Part shown: positions 1 through 9,901 of the stretch, piece after piece
Position numbering within the stretch: position 1 is the stretch's first letter
How the letters are laid out: every line of letters begins with the position of its first letter
Source: Candidatus Woesearchaeota archaeon
GTDB lineage: Archaea > Nanobdellota > Nanobdellia > Woesearchaeales > GW2011-AR4
Assembly (NCBI GenBank): GCA_016185815.1
Contig: JACPMT010000053.1
Coordinates: 1 to 33,273 of the forward strand
Direction: 5' to 3'
Length of the DNA: 33,273 bases
Translations under genes and position numbers: made by a program
The notes under the pieces: generated by a model
The model's input: only the letters and a program-made list of their open reading frames with translations
Told to the model about the DNA's origin: nothing
The model's database searches: none

Positions 1-27
1 ATTGCAAGGTACAGGAAAGAAGGCAGC

Positions 28-564
28 ATGACCGGCACTTTTTTGGAGTTCTTGTACCATGAAGTGACTGCAACTTTAGTATTTTTCCTTTTGGCTTATG
101 GGGTGTTCTTGCAAACTGGCTATAAGTCTATTCTTATATTTGGATTTTTATGCTCCTTTTTTTCAAAATCTGTGGTGCTGTCAATAATAAACTTGGCAGC
201 TTTAAAGAATGCATTAAGGGACAATGCTGAAAAAAGAAAAGAGAAAATAAAAAAATGCATTGCCCTTATAGGAAAAGCCAATATAGAAGGAGGAAGCACT
301 GAAACCGGCAGGAAGCTGTTCAAAGCCTACGATTACATAAAAGAAATCTGGGGCCATCCATTTAACATTGTCCACATTAATATCCTTGTTATACTTGAGG
401 TAATCAATTCTTATTATAATTTTTTACCGATGTATTTCATGCTTTACTGGTACATAGTATTTTATGGAACAATATCTGTTATAGTTCAAATAGTATCTTT
501 TATAGTGCATTACAAAGGCAAAAGCGTGCACCATTACTACCTTGCCTTGTATGCGAAGAAATGA
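28..564 (+). CDS. hypothetical multi-pass membrane protein (reading frame is open back to position 1, so it may start upstream of the window)
   Basis: 178-aa ORF. Hydrophobic segments (LVFFLLAYGVFL, ILIFGFLCSFF, ILVILEVI, ISVIVQIVSFIV) flank a Lys/Glu-rich loop. No family recognised. Confidence 0.45.
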   Translation: MTGTFLEFLYHEVTATLVFFLLAYGVFLQTGYKSILIFGFLCSFFSKSVVLSIINLAALKNALRDNAEKRKEKIKKCIALIGKANIEGGSTETGRKLFKAYDYIKEIWGHPFNIVHINILVILEVINSYYNFLPMYFMLYWYIVFYGTISVIVQIVSFIVHYKGKSVHHYYLALYAKK

Positions 565-724
565 ATAGAAAGTTTTAAATAGCTATTAATCGAGGTAATG
601 ATTTGGGGGTGTGTAGTATCCCAAAAAAGGTGATGGGTTATAGACTTATCAGTTTTTTTCTTAGAATTTTCAATATAAAAGATTATTGCTCTATCAATTA
701 TAACAAACTAAGAGGTGGTTCTTT

Positions 725-1333
725 ATGAAAATAAACAGATATGTAGTTTTAGTTCTATTTACAGTTAGTTTGCTTGCATTGACAGTAGCAAGCCAGATTT
801 CTCAAGTAACAAATGCAATAAGCGTTGAAGAGATAAAAACCTGCACTACCTCCTTTTATGACGAAGTTCAGAATATATATGGAAATTGTGTTTATTACAA
901 TAACTACACAAGCTGCTTAAATACCTCAGGCTCAAATACAGATTGCTCTTTAGTGCAAGATTCAAGAAATCTTAGTTGCAAGACTGGTGAAATAATTATC
1001 AAAAAAAATTCAACAGAATGCCAACCACCAACAAAATTTATCGTATCAAGCATCAAAGACTCCATAACCGAAAAAAAGGAAATAGACTTTTCAAGCTGGG
1101 GTGCTTGTGTTCAAAATACGGAAAATGATTGCTTGATAGTTACATGCGTCTCATTATACGATGGCGCACACAATGGGCAATTCACTGACTGCAAAGGGGG
1201 AAAAAGCTGCCAGAAGTTCCAGTTTTGTAAAGATAGTGTAAAAGTTTTATACAAAAATTCAAGAGACGATTTTGTCGAGTACGATCCCTCCTTTTATCTG
1301 CCTCAACTGGCTATCAAGGAGGTGGGAAAATGA
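725..1333 (+). CDS. secreted or membrane-anchored cysteine-rich protein, first gene of the RHS operon
   Basis: GAGGTGG RBS lies 6 nt upstream of the ATG. N-terminal signal-like segment MKINRYVVLVLFTVSLLALTVASQ, many Cys residues and NxS/T sequons. The stop overlaps the next start (ATGA at 1330-1333). Confidence 0.6.
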   Translation: MKINRYVVLVLFTVSLLALTVASQISQVTNAISVEEIKTCTTSFYDEVQNIYGNCVYYNNYTSCLNTSGSNTDCSLVQDSRNLSCKTGEIIIKKNSTECQPPTKFIVSSIKDSITEKKEIDFSSWGACVQNTENDCLIVTCVSLYDGAHNGQFTDCKGGKSCQKFQFCKDSVKVLYKNSRDDFVEYDPSFYLPQLAIKEVGK

Positions 1334-2631
1334 GAAATCTAAATTTATTTTGGATTTTTGGATTGTTTTTGTTAATTTTGCCTTTTGTTAATGCAAACCA
1401 TATCCTCTATAATGCAACTCCATTTACTAATATTTCAGATTGGAATGGAGGTTGCACTTTGACTGATGGCAAGATTGACTGCACTTCTGCACAGAATATG
1501 AGATTTGTCCATAAGTTGATTAATCTTTCAACTAATGGCGGAACAAATATGACAATTATTTTTAATGCTTCAATTCCTGCGGCAAGCAATTCATTTGAAG
1601 CTATAACAACGCATACTGAAAATGTAACTGCTCCTACAACAAATAAAATTCATTTTTTAATACGATTTGCAGCGGCAAATATACATACAGTTGACCCTGG
1701 AGGAAGTACAGGTAATCAATTTCAATTATTTCCAGAAACAAGTGCCGCTTGGCACACTGAAAGGTGGGAATATCTATCAAACAGTTCTATCAATGTTTAT
1801 ATTAATGGAACTTTTAAGCATAATATAAAATTTGGTGATGTAGGTACAGATAAGCCGACAGGCAATTTTACTTATTTTTTTCTTAATCCTATCCCCCGAG
1901 CCGCTGTTACAATAGGCAGTTTTGTTGTTTTTAATGGGACAGGGGAGTTAAGTGACACATCATCAGATAGAACACCCCCAGAAATAACATTTTATAACAT
2001 GACCTCGGAAGGCGGAGCTGGATGTACTAACTGGACTACAAACAAGAGTGTTCCTTGTGTAACTAGCGATGCAACACCAACAGTAAAAATAAATACAAAT
2101 GAAAATGCTTATTGTGCTATCGGCATTTCTGATTTAAATTATTCAGATTTGGGACTTGGTAGACAATGTAGCGGAGGAGGAACAAGTGAACATACATGTA
2201 CTTTAACTTCACAAGACGAACTAGTGTATGAAATATCGTATGTTTATATGGGTTGTAGAGATTATAGTTCTAACCAAAATCAAAACAGAACAAGCACAAG
2301 CGGAGCTTTAAGCCTTAATATAACAGGTCTTGAAACAATTAGTAAGAATGCTATAGAATCTGGAATTCGAAACGCTTTGTTAAGCGGTTATACAATTTAT
2401 ACGGACCAAAAAATCTATGCAAGAAATTCTGCTAATAATCAGTCTGTAGGGGTATTTGATAAAGTTGCCAAAAAGCTCAATAAAATATGGGCGTTTAACC
2501 GTATAGGACAGTATGACGGCTATGTAAACATGTTCAATATAACGCCTGTATTCTATACTTTAGAATTTGCGAATAAAACTTCTGTGCAAATAACAAACCA
2601 AACAGAGTTGCTGATTAATTCAACTAAATAA
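1330..2631 (+). CDS. secreted sequon-rich protein, possibly a lectin/LamG-like plus Ig-like fold (fold assignment tentative)
   Basis: GGAGGTG RBS and ATGA overlap with the upstream gene. Signal-like LFWIFGLFLLILPFVNA, dense NxS/T sequons, and a DRTPPEITF segment followed by a Cys-containing beta-rich region. No family confidently recognised. Confidence 0.6.
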   Translation: MRNLNLFWIFGLFLLILPFVNANHILYNATPFTNISDWNGGCTLTDGKIDCTSAQNMRFVHKLINLSTNGGTNMTIIFNASIPAASNSFEAITTHTENVTAPTTNKIHFLIRFAAANIHTVDPGGSTGNQFQLFPETSAAWHTERWEYLSNSSINVYINGTFKHNIKFGDVGTDKPTGNFTYFFLNPIPRAAVTIGSFVVFNGTGELSDTSSDRTPPEITFYNMTSEGGAGCTNWTTNKSVPCVTSDATPTVKINTNENAYCAIGISDLNYSDLGLGRQCSGGGTSEHTCTLTSQDELVYEISYVYMGCRDYSSNQNQNRTSTSGALSLNITGLETISKNAIESGIRNALLSGYTIYTDQKIYARNSANNQSVGVFDKVAKKLNKIWAFNRIGQYDGYVNMFNITPVFYTLEFANKTSVQITNQTELLINSTK

Positions 2632-2662
2632 CATGGAGGTGAGAGCAAAAGAGGTGTTATAA

Positions 2663-5600
2663 TTGATAAACAAGAAATGGCTTATGTTTTTTGTATTTTT
2701 CTTAGCTTTAATTCCAATAGCTTATTCAGCAGACGACCAATATAAGCCTTACCTGCACAAGCCATCTGTTCCAGAGCATCCTAAAGCCAAACTTTATGGA
2801 AGATACCAAACTAATCTTTTTCCAGGTGCAGGAACTTACACTTATCCAATAGAAGTGCCAAAAGGCACCAATAATCTGCAACCAGCTATAAGTATTTCTT
2901 ACAATAGCCAGGCAGTAAAGCAAAGATCTTCTAGTTTAGGAGCAGGCTGGACATTAACCCAGAATTATATCTATAGAGATGTTAATTTTACGCCTTCAAA
3001 CACAACAGATGATGAATTTAAGCTTATCTTGAATGGCGCTTCTTATGACTTGGTCTATGATAATTCTGATAACTTTTATCATACAGAAATTGAGACTTTT
3101 GCAAGAATACAAAACCTAACTACCACTTCTAACACTTACAATATGTACTGGCTTGTGACTTTGAAAGACGGCACTCAACTAAGGTTTGGCTACAATTCTG
3201 ATTCTGAGCTAACGTCTAATGTTGGCTACAGCTATGCGTTGAAATGGAGCCTTGACCAGATTCAAGATACCCATAACAATAAAATATTTTATTCTTACAA
3301 TGAAAATCCTTATCCACAAGATAATGGAAGTGTTTATTTAAGCCAAATATTGTATAATAATGATCAAAAAAGAAAAATAGAATTTAGTTATGAAAATTCT
3401 ATAAGGCCTGACAGAAGGCGTGTTTTTGAACAAGGAAATGTGTTGGAGGAGAGCAGAAGGCTGAGCGATATTTATGTTTTCTTTAACAGCACTTTAGTTA
3501 GAAGACATAGTTTTGAGTACATAGGCTTGAATAATGAAAGCTCTTTATCTTCACTTTCAAAAATCAAATATATTGGTTCTGATAATTCTTCAGTATTGCA
3601 TACTATAATGTTAGGTTATTACCAATCAACTTCCTTTTACACTAACTCGACAACATATAATGTTTCTGAAGTTTTTTCTAACTCAGCAGGCACAGATTTA
3701 GGCTTGAGGCTGATTGATTTGAACAATGATGGCTATATTGACATAATTAAAGGGAGCGGCACGTCAAATAGGAAAGCATGGCTCAATAATAGGACTGGAT
3801 GGAATGAAAGCTTATCTTTTAACCCTCCAGACGATTTTACTGACGGCTCGAATTTTGACAAAGGACTAAGAATAGAGGATTTGAATAATGATGGCTTAGC
3901 CGACTTAATACAAGGATGGGGAGGTGTGAGAAAAGCTTGGCTTAATAATGTGACGGGGTGGAGAGAAGATTCTGTAACTTGGGCTCCGCCTATGGACTTT
4001 GTAACCAGCACAACAGACCAAGGCGCTCAATTGGTAGACTTTGATGGTGATGGCAAAGTTGATTTACTGCAAGCAAAAGACGGCTCTGCTAAAAAAGCTT
4101 ACCTTAACACAGGCAACGGATGGAAAGATGTAAGCAGTCAATGGTCAGCGCCTACTAATTTTGTCAAGTCTGATGGAAGTGACTTTGGCTCAAGACTTGT
4201 TGATTTAAATGGTGACGGTTTAGTTGATGTTATTGAAGGCTATAACTTCGGTACAGAAACAAAGAATGCTTGGCTAAATAATGGAAGTGGATGGGTTAGC
4301 TCAAGCATCTGGAACCCTCCTGATGTGTTCACTAGTTCTTCAAGAACAGATAATGGCATGAGGTTTGTTGATTTAAATGGCGATGGCTTAACAGATATAT
4401 TTCAAGACTATAAAAATGGCTCTACTACAGAAAGGGAAGCTTTCATCAATAATGGAAATGGATGGAGCAATAGCACTTCTTGGAATTCACCAGAGCCTTT
4501 TACTGATACTGGAAAAAACATAGGAAGAAGAATCGGAGACATAGATGGAGATGGATTTGGTGATATAATAATTGGATATAATGATGGCTCTGACATTAAA
4601 AGAACCTTAGTAAGAAATTCAACAATACCTTATTTGCTTAAAAATATAACCAATGAGTTTGGCGGTATAACTTATCTTTCTTATTCAAAGTCTACCTTGT
4701 TTAATAACACAGGAAATGACAGCTTGTCAGATATAGGATTTAATGTTTGGGTTGTTGAAGAAGTTTTGCAAAATAATTCATTATATAATGATTTTGGTAT
4801 TTTTTCAAATACTTCATATTACTATTTCGGCGGCAAATACGATTATGATGATTCAGAATTCAGAGGATTTAACATTGTAAATGAAACATTAAGCGATAAA
4901 TCAATAATTTCACATTATTTTAATCAAAACAAGCAGTTGAAAGGAAAGGAATACAGAACAGAAACTTACGATAGTGCTGGCATCATTTTTTCCAGAATAG
5001 ACAATAACTTTAATTTTACAACAACAAATTACAGCTACTTTATTGTGAACTTTCTTTCTACAGCTTCCTATACCTATGATGGAAATCCATCAAATCCAAA
5101 AATAACCAATATTTCATATAAATATGATGGTTATGGAAATATTTTAAGTGCAACAAGTTTTGGCGATATTTCCATTTCTGGAGATGAAAAATATGAAAAT
5201 TACACGTATGCAACCAACACAACCTCATGGATTCTAGACAAGCCAAGCTGGTACATTTTATTCGATTCTTCTTACAACAAAATTCGTGAGACAAAATACT
5301 TCTATGATAATGGCGAGTATGGCCAGCCGCCCAAGAAAGGAGATTTAACCAAGACAGAGCAATGGCTAGATACAGGCGGAGGAAATCCAACAACATATTA
5401 CACTTACGATAGTTTTGGCAATCTTTACAAACAAACAGACTCACTTGGAAGAACAACAACGTGGGAATACGGAGTAAGAGATGACACAAATACTTATCCA
5501 GATAGAATCACTAATGCTTTAGGTCATGCTATTGATTACACTTATGATGTTGGGACTGGAAACGTAATAAGATACACAAAAAATGGCATTAACTTTGATT

Positions 5601-8443
5601 ATGAATATGATACTTTTGGAAGAATCACCAAAGACATTGACCCTTACGATACAACAGATTTTCCAACAAAATCTTATACTTACAATTTTGATGGAATTGC
5701 TCCAGAGATAATAAAAGTAAGCCAGAGGACAACAGCAAACAATACTTTGGATGCTTATTATATCTATGATGGTTTTGCCAATTTAGTTCAGATTAAGACA
5801 CCATCAGATAACGGACAGCAAGTTGTTAAAAACTTATTTTATGACGGATTGTTTAGGGTTAAAGAAGAGCAAAACCCATTCTTCTATAACTTTTCAAACA
5901 ATATAACAATCACATCCAATGATACAATTCCAGCAAATAAAACTAGGTATAATTATGACGCACTTTCAAGAATAACATCTGTAATTAATCCTGACGGAAC
6001 AACCAAAAATACAACATTCAACAGGTGGGAAGTTAATGACTATGATGAAAATGGCAACAGGCATACTTATTTGCTTGATGCTTACGATAGGATAATTGCT
6101 GTTACTGAATATAACACAGATTTCTATTTGTTGGATAATGAGACATACAATACTACTTACTCATACAATGGTGCTGATGAGTTAGTCGGGATAAAAGATA
6201 CTTATGGGAATGAGTTTAACTTTAGTTATGACAGCTTGGGAAGAAAAGTTAGGTTGGATGATCCAGACTTGGGCAAATGGTTGTATGAATACAATTTGGT
6301 AAATAATCTAATCAAACAAACTGACAATAAGCAAAATCAAATCCTATTATCTTATGACGATTTAAACAGAATAAAACAGAAAAACACTACTTCAATTAAA
6401 TACAACTTCACTTACGATACGCAATATCAAGGCACATTATCAAAGATAGAATTTGGAAATATAACTTATTCTTACACTTATGACGATAGGTTAAGACCAC
6501 TAAAAGAAAAGAGAATCTCTGCAAAGAAAGATTGGAATATTTCTATGGAAAAGGAATTCTCTTATGATTCTATGAACAGGATAAGGCAAATACTAGAGCC
6601 AAATGGCAGGGATATTGATATTTATTACAACTACCAAAACAAAATCAACAAAATAAAGGGCTGGATTAACCAAAGCAGCCATACTGCAATAGGCAATCCA
6701 TTAAACAGAACTTACAACATCCAAAAAACAACACAATTTGGCTATTACTCAGATAATCTCAGGCTGCAACAAATAAAGACAGATACAACCCAGATTTTGA
6801 ATTATTCTTACGATAATGTGGGCAACATAGTCAAGATTAACGATTCTGCCCAAAACAGGACTTATGCCATGTCTTATGACAGATTGGATAGACTCACAAA
6901 TGTCACAATAGGCGGCTATAACTGGATTTACCATTACAATGCCATAGGTAATGTGCTTAAGATTGTTAGAAACTTCTCAACCACAACCTCCTTTAAATTT
7001 GATGGTTCATTAGCCCATGCACCACAAAGCTATATTGTAACGAACACTAGTGTCGATGTTTATAAGCAATCCAGCTTTAATACTTCCAATAAAACTAAAG
7101 TCTTTGAGTTTTATCTAATAAACGAGAAAAATTCATCTTTGGAGTACATTAATTGGACAGCAGAGTTTGGCGATGAAAACAGAGTTATATCCACACAGCC
7201 CTTTAACTTGTCCTTGAAGGAAAATGTATTATTTATCATAGAGCATAATTATTCTAAAGGTGGAGACTACAAGATAAACTTTACAGGAAGAATTAATGGT
7301 TCCCTATCTGATTATGAGATTCTAAAGCTTTTGTTTGGGGCAAAAGCCCAAGATTTGAATATAATCAAAAAGAATGGCAGCTTAATTGTTACAGAATTTA
7401 CAGCAAAGAATACAATTAATGAATTAAGCCAAAACTGGGGCTGGAACTGCTCCAATGGCGTTGCTTCTAGTGTGCCGTTTAATATGTCGGCAAATGAAGA
7501 GCTTTTAGTAGTTATGGAGCATAATTATAGTCTGGCTAGCTTAACAAAAAATCTCACTTGCATTGTTAACTCCACTGATGGTAATCAAAGCAAAACAATA
7601 TCATTCAAATTTGACGAGATAAAAATAGAGAATTATAACAGCACTAAGATAGATACTGATACAATGCAAGTAAAGTTCCAAATAGTCAATTACTTCGATG
7701 ATTTAACTAATATAAACTGGAATATCACCACTAATGATTTGATATTTAAGAGTTCTTCACCGATAACATTGAATCAAGGACAAGTTACAAGTATAGAGCA
7801 AGAAATTAATTTCACTAATGCTGGTATCAAACAAATAAAAATTGTTATAGGAGCTGGTAATTTCACTGATTCCTATACAGAGAATATTAGGCTTTATTCT
7901 TTGGGAGTACAACAATTTATTAATTACGTTAAAAACGGCACAACTAGAATTTTTAATTTCTTAGTCAAAAATGATTGGATTAATTTGACTGCTAACTGGA
8001 ACTTTACAAGCCCATCATTACAAAATGCAGTCAATCTGTCGCAGAATGAGTCTTTAATTGTAGTTATCGAAGAGGATTATTCACAGGGCAATAAAGAATC
8101 TATAATTAAAGTTTTCAACGGCTCAATTCAGGAAGATACCTTGTTGGACGTTTTCAAAATACGACAAATATCAATAGAATCATTGCAGACATTATTTGAA
8201 TCAGACAAAATAGCTGTTATTTCTTCTATTGTCAAAAACAATATTCAACCGCTTAATTTATCATGGAAGTTAAATAACACGGAATCCTCAATTATTTCCA
8301 GTCAAAATTTAGAATTGAATACCTCTGAGCAGGCTATAGTAGTCATTGAAATCAATTTCTCTTCATCTGGAATATATCCTTTGCAGCTTACCATTAATTC
8401 ATCAGCTTATAACGATAATCAAACAGGTGTTGCAGTATCATAA
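2663..8443 (+). CDS. giant surface/secreted protein: SpvB/TcB-like N-domain + FG-GAP beta-propeller + RHS/YD-repeat shell + five C-terminal beta-sandwich repeats
   Basis: TTG start lies 6 nt after GAGGTG (alternative ATG at 2684). Signal-like MINKKWLMFFVFFLALIPIAYSA. SpvB-type motif GAGTYTYPIEVPKGTNNLQPAISISYNSQ...LGAGWTL. Six DxDGDG blades. Many YD repeats (YKYDGYGNIL, YTYDSFGNLY, YEYDTFGRIT, FSYDSLGRKV, YSYDNVGNIV). Confidence 0.9.
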   Translation: MINKKWLMFFVFFLALIPIAYSADDQYKPYLHKPSVPEHPKAKLYGRYQTNLFPGAGTYTYPIEVPKGTNNLQPAISISYNSQAVKQRSSSLGAGWTLTQNYIYRDVNFTPSNTTDDEFKLILNGASYDLVYDNSDNFYHTEIETFARIQNLTTTSNTYNMYWLVTLKDGTQLRFGYNSDSELTSNVGYSYALKWSLDQIQDTHNNKIFYSYNENPYPQDNGSVYLSQILYNNDQKRKIEFSYENSIRPDRRRVFEQGNVLEESRRLSDIYVFFNSTLVRRHSFEYIGLNNESSLSSLSKIKYIGSDNSSVLHTIMLGYYQSTSFYTNSTTYNVSEVFSNSAGTDLGLRLIDLNNDGYIDIIKGSGTSNRKAWLNNRTGWNESLSFNPPDDFTDGSNFDKGLRIEDLNNDGLADLIQGWGGVRKAWLNNVTGWREDSVTWAPPMDFVTSTTDQGAQLVDFDGDGKVDLLQAKDGSAKKAYLNTGNGWKDVSSQWSAPTNFVKSDGSDFGSRLVDLNGDGLVDVIEGYNFGTETKNAWLNNGSGWVSSSIWNPPDVFTSSSRTDNGMRFVDLNGDGLTDIFQDYKNGSTTEREAFINNGNGWSNSTSWNSPEPFTDTGKNIGRRIGDIDGDGFGDIIIGYNDGSDIKRTLVRNSTIPYLLKNITNEFGGITYLSYSKSTLFNNTGNDSLSDIGFNVWVVEEVLQNNSLYNDFGIFSNTSYYYFGGKYDYDDSEFRGFNIVNETLSDKSIISHYFNQNKQLKGKEYRTETYDSAGIIFSRIDNNFNFTTTNYSYFIVNFLSTASYTYDGNPSNPKITNISYKYDGYGNILSATSFGDISISGDEKYENYTYATNTTSWILDKPSWYILFDSSYNKIRETKYFYDNGEYGQPPKKGDLTKTEQWLDTGGGNPTTYYTYDSFGNLYKQTDSLGRTTTWEYGVRDDTNTYPDRITNALGHAIDYTYDVGTGNVIRYTKNGINFDYEYDTFGRITKDIDPYDTTDFPTKSYTYNFDGIAPEIIKVSQRTTANNTLDAYYIYDGFANLVQIKTPSDNGQQVVKNLFYDGLFRVKEEQNPFFYNFSNNITITSNDTIPANKTRYNYDALSRITSVINPDGTTKNTTFNRWEVNDYDENGNRHTYLLDAYDRIIAVTEYNTDFYLLDNETYNTTYSYNGADELVGIKDTYGNEFNFSYDSLGRKVRLDDPDLGKWLYEYNLVNNLIKQTDNKQNQILLSYDDLNRIKQKNTTSIKYNFTYDTQYQGTLSKIEFGNITYSYTYDDRLRPLKEKRISAKKDWNISMEKEFSYDSMNRIRQILEPNGRDIDIYYNYQNKINKIKGWINQSSHTAIGNPLNRTYNIQKTTQFGYYSDNLRLQQIKTDTTQILNYSYDNVGNIVKINDSAQNRTYAMSYDRLDRLTNVTIGGYNWIYHYNAIGNVLKIVRNFSTTTSFKFDGSLAHAPQSYIVTNTSVDVYKQSSFNTSNKTKVFEFYLINEKNSSLEYINWTAEFGDENRVISTQPFNLSLKENVLFIIEHNYSKGGDYKINFTGRINGSLSDYEILKLLFGAKAQDLNIIKKNGSLIVTEFTAKNTINELSQNWGWNCSNGVASSVPFNMSANEELLVVMEHNYSLASLTKNLTCIVNSTDGNQSKTISFKFDEIKIENYNSTKIDTDTMQVKFQIVNYFDDLTNINWNITTNDLIFKSSSPITLNQGQVTSIEQEINFTNAGIKQIKIVIGAGNFTDSYTENIRLYSLGVQQFINYVKNGTTRIFNFLVKNDWINLTANWNFTSPSLQNAVNLSQNESLIVVIEEDYSQGNKESIIKVFNGSIQEDTLLDVFKIRQISIESLQTLFESDKIAVISSIVKNNIQPLNLSWKLNNTESSIISSQNLELNTSEQAIVVIEINFSSSGIYPLQLTINSSAYNDNQTGVAVS
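3701..4590 (+). repeat. six tandem FG-GAP/VCBS-like blades (about 160-171 nt period) inside the giant CDS
   Basis: Blades are LIDLNNDGYIDII, IEDLNNDGLADLI, LVDFDGDGKVDLL, LVDLNGDGLVDVI, FVDLNGDGLTDIF and IGDIDGDGFGDII. The first five are each followed by a (K/R/E)xA(W/Y/F)(L/I)N(N/T)xxGW motif. Confidence 0.85.
7030..8440 (+). repeat. five tandem, diverged repeats of about 95 aa (CARDB/PKD-like beta-sandwich, tentative) at the C-terminus of the giant CDS
   Basis: A recurring pattern of N(W)N/W...L..NE.L.VV.E.NYS..G...I appears five times: FIIEHNYSKGGDYKINFT, VVMEHNYSLASLTKNLTC, IEQEINFTNAGIKQIKIV, VVIEEDYSQGNKESIIKV, VVIEINFSSSGIYPLQLT. Confidence 0.6.
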
Positions 8444-8472
8444 AAAAATTAGCTTATATTAGGACTATTGCA

Positions 8473-9840
8473 ATGTTTATGGCAGTTTTGATAATATCCT
8501 TACCTATTATTTTTGCAGAGGAATATAGCAGATCATATGACGCCAATGGTAACTTAATTTACGATTCACAAACCGATATTTATCGTGAATATAATGAACT
8601 AAATCAATTAATAAGAACTAGACAAAATAATTCTACTGGGACTATTTTACAAGAATATACCTGGGAACCAATAAAAGAAAGAATATTTATTAAAGACGAG
8701 TTTTATACAAATGGTAGCCTAAAATCGTCCACGTACTACTTTGATGATGACTATATCGTATTACAAAATTCTAGTGGAACATACAATAGAACAAATATTT
8801 ATCAGGATGGAATTTTAGTTGGCTATGAAGATTTTGATGGAAGGAAAAGATATATTTTACCTGATCATGAAGGCAGTGTTCATATTGTTTTGAATGAGAG
8901 TGGTGATGTTATTGAGGAAAATTTGTTTAGTCCTTTTGCAGAGCCTTTACAAGATGTCCTAGAAAATAAATTTAGTTATGAGGCGAAGGAATATGACTCA
9001 TTGACTAAAGATTACAATTTCAACTTTAGGATGTTTAGCCCAAATGGGCCACCTATTTTTAACCAGCCTGATAGTTTGATTCCTAATGTTTATGATCCAC
9101 AGAGTCTTAATCGTTATAGTTTTGAGAGGAACAATCCTCTGAAAAATACTGACCCTACAGGGCATATAACTGGAACAGAATGGATAATTGGAATAGGAAT
9201 TGCTGCTACAGCAGTTGATTTAGCAACAGTAGTAAGTTACAATACCTTAATTAATATAAATGAAAACCCTACACTTGAAAATGAATTAGTCCAAGCTAGA
9301 GAAAATGCTTGGAAAGAATTTTTTGGTGGTTTCGGAGTTGATGAATTCTTAAATAGGATATTCGGACGATTATACGGAACTGTTGGAAATGTTGCTTTGA
9401 CAGCAAGCGGGGTCCAAACATATAATGATTATGCAAAAAAAGTTGCTTTAGCAAATCCTTTTAAGTATAAGGAATATATAGATTCAATTGCAGCCAATAG
9501 GCAATTTAACAGTGATGCGGAAAGGATTAGCTTCTATACTGTTGGAGGAGTAAATTTAATATCACTTACAGAATCTTTAACTCTCTACTCAACCTATGGG
9601 AGTGGTAGTAACATCAAAGAAAGCATGCAAAATACTGCAATGAGCGGGAAGGATATTAAATGGTATTATAATGAAAATACAGGAACTTACACGTGGAGAG
9701 TTGGAGATACTGCCCCTAGTGGAACAGGATGGAAAAGTAGTGGTAGTAGTTCTGGTGGAAGCTCTGGAAGAAGCAGTTCACCCGGAAAAGTAACTCAATG
9801 TAAATTAAATTGCGCGGCAATTAAAAAATTAAGAGGATAG
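8473..9840 (+). CDS. RHS repeat-associated core ('tip') protein with an unrecognised C-terminal putative toxin domain
   Basis: YD repeats (YDANGNLIYD, YREYNELNQLI). Core signature LPDHEGSVHIVLNESGDVIEENLFSPFAEPL ... FNFRMFSPNGPPIFNQPDS ... SLNRYSFERNNPLKNTDPTGH (D227 at nt 9151). The about 225 aa after DPTGH have no recognisable family. The N-terminus is hydrophobic (MFMAVLIISLPIIFA). Confidence 0.85.
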   Translation: MFMAVLIISLPIIFAEEYSRSYDANGNLIYDSQTDIYREYNELNQLIRTRQNNSTGTILQEYTWEPIKERIFIKDEFYTNGSLKSSTYYFDDDYIVLQNSSGTYNRTNIYQDGILVGYEDFDGRKRYILPDHEGSVHIVLNESGDVIEENLFSPFAEPLQDVLENKFSYEAKEYDSLTKDYNFNFRMFSPNGPPIFNQPDSLIPNVYDPQSLNRYSFERNNPLKNTDPTGHITGTEWIIGIGIAATAVDLATVVSYNTLININENPTLENELVQARENAWKEFFGGFGVDEFLNRIFGRLYGTVGNVALTASGVQTYNDYAKKVALANPFKYKEYIDSIAANRQFNSDAERISFYTVGGVNLISLTESLTLYSTYGSGSNIKESMQNTAMSGKDIKWYYNENTGTYTWRVGDTAPSGTGWKSSGSSSGGSSGRSSSPGKVTQCKLNCAAIKKLRG

Positions 9841-9901
9841 TACTGGCACTATTCTGAGTAAAATATTAATATTAAAAGAAATTAATGTCGTTAAAATAGG
9901 G

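Noticed and set aside
8419-8475. Possible programmed -1 frameshift or sequencing indel at the A7 run (8442-8448) that would fuse the 1926-aa ORF to the RHS-tip ORF. The tip's frame is open from 8419.
   Set aside because: The TAA stop (8441-8443) precedes the run and supplies its first A residues, so an indel in the run would not remove it. There is no X_XXY_YYZ slippery heptamer before the stop. The tip ORF has its own ATG and a signal-like N-terminus. It is kept only as a split-gene observation.
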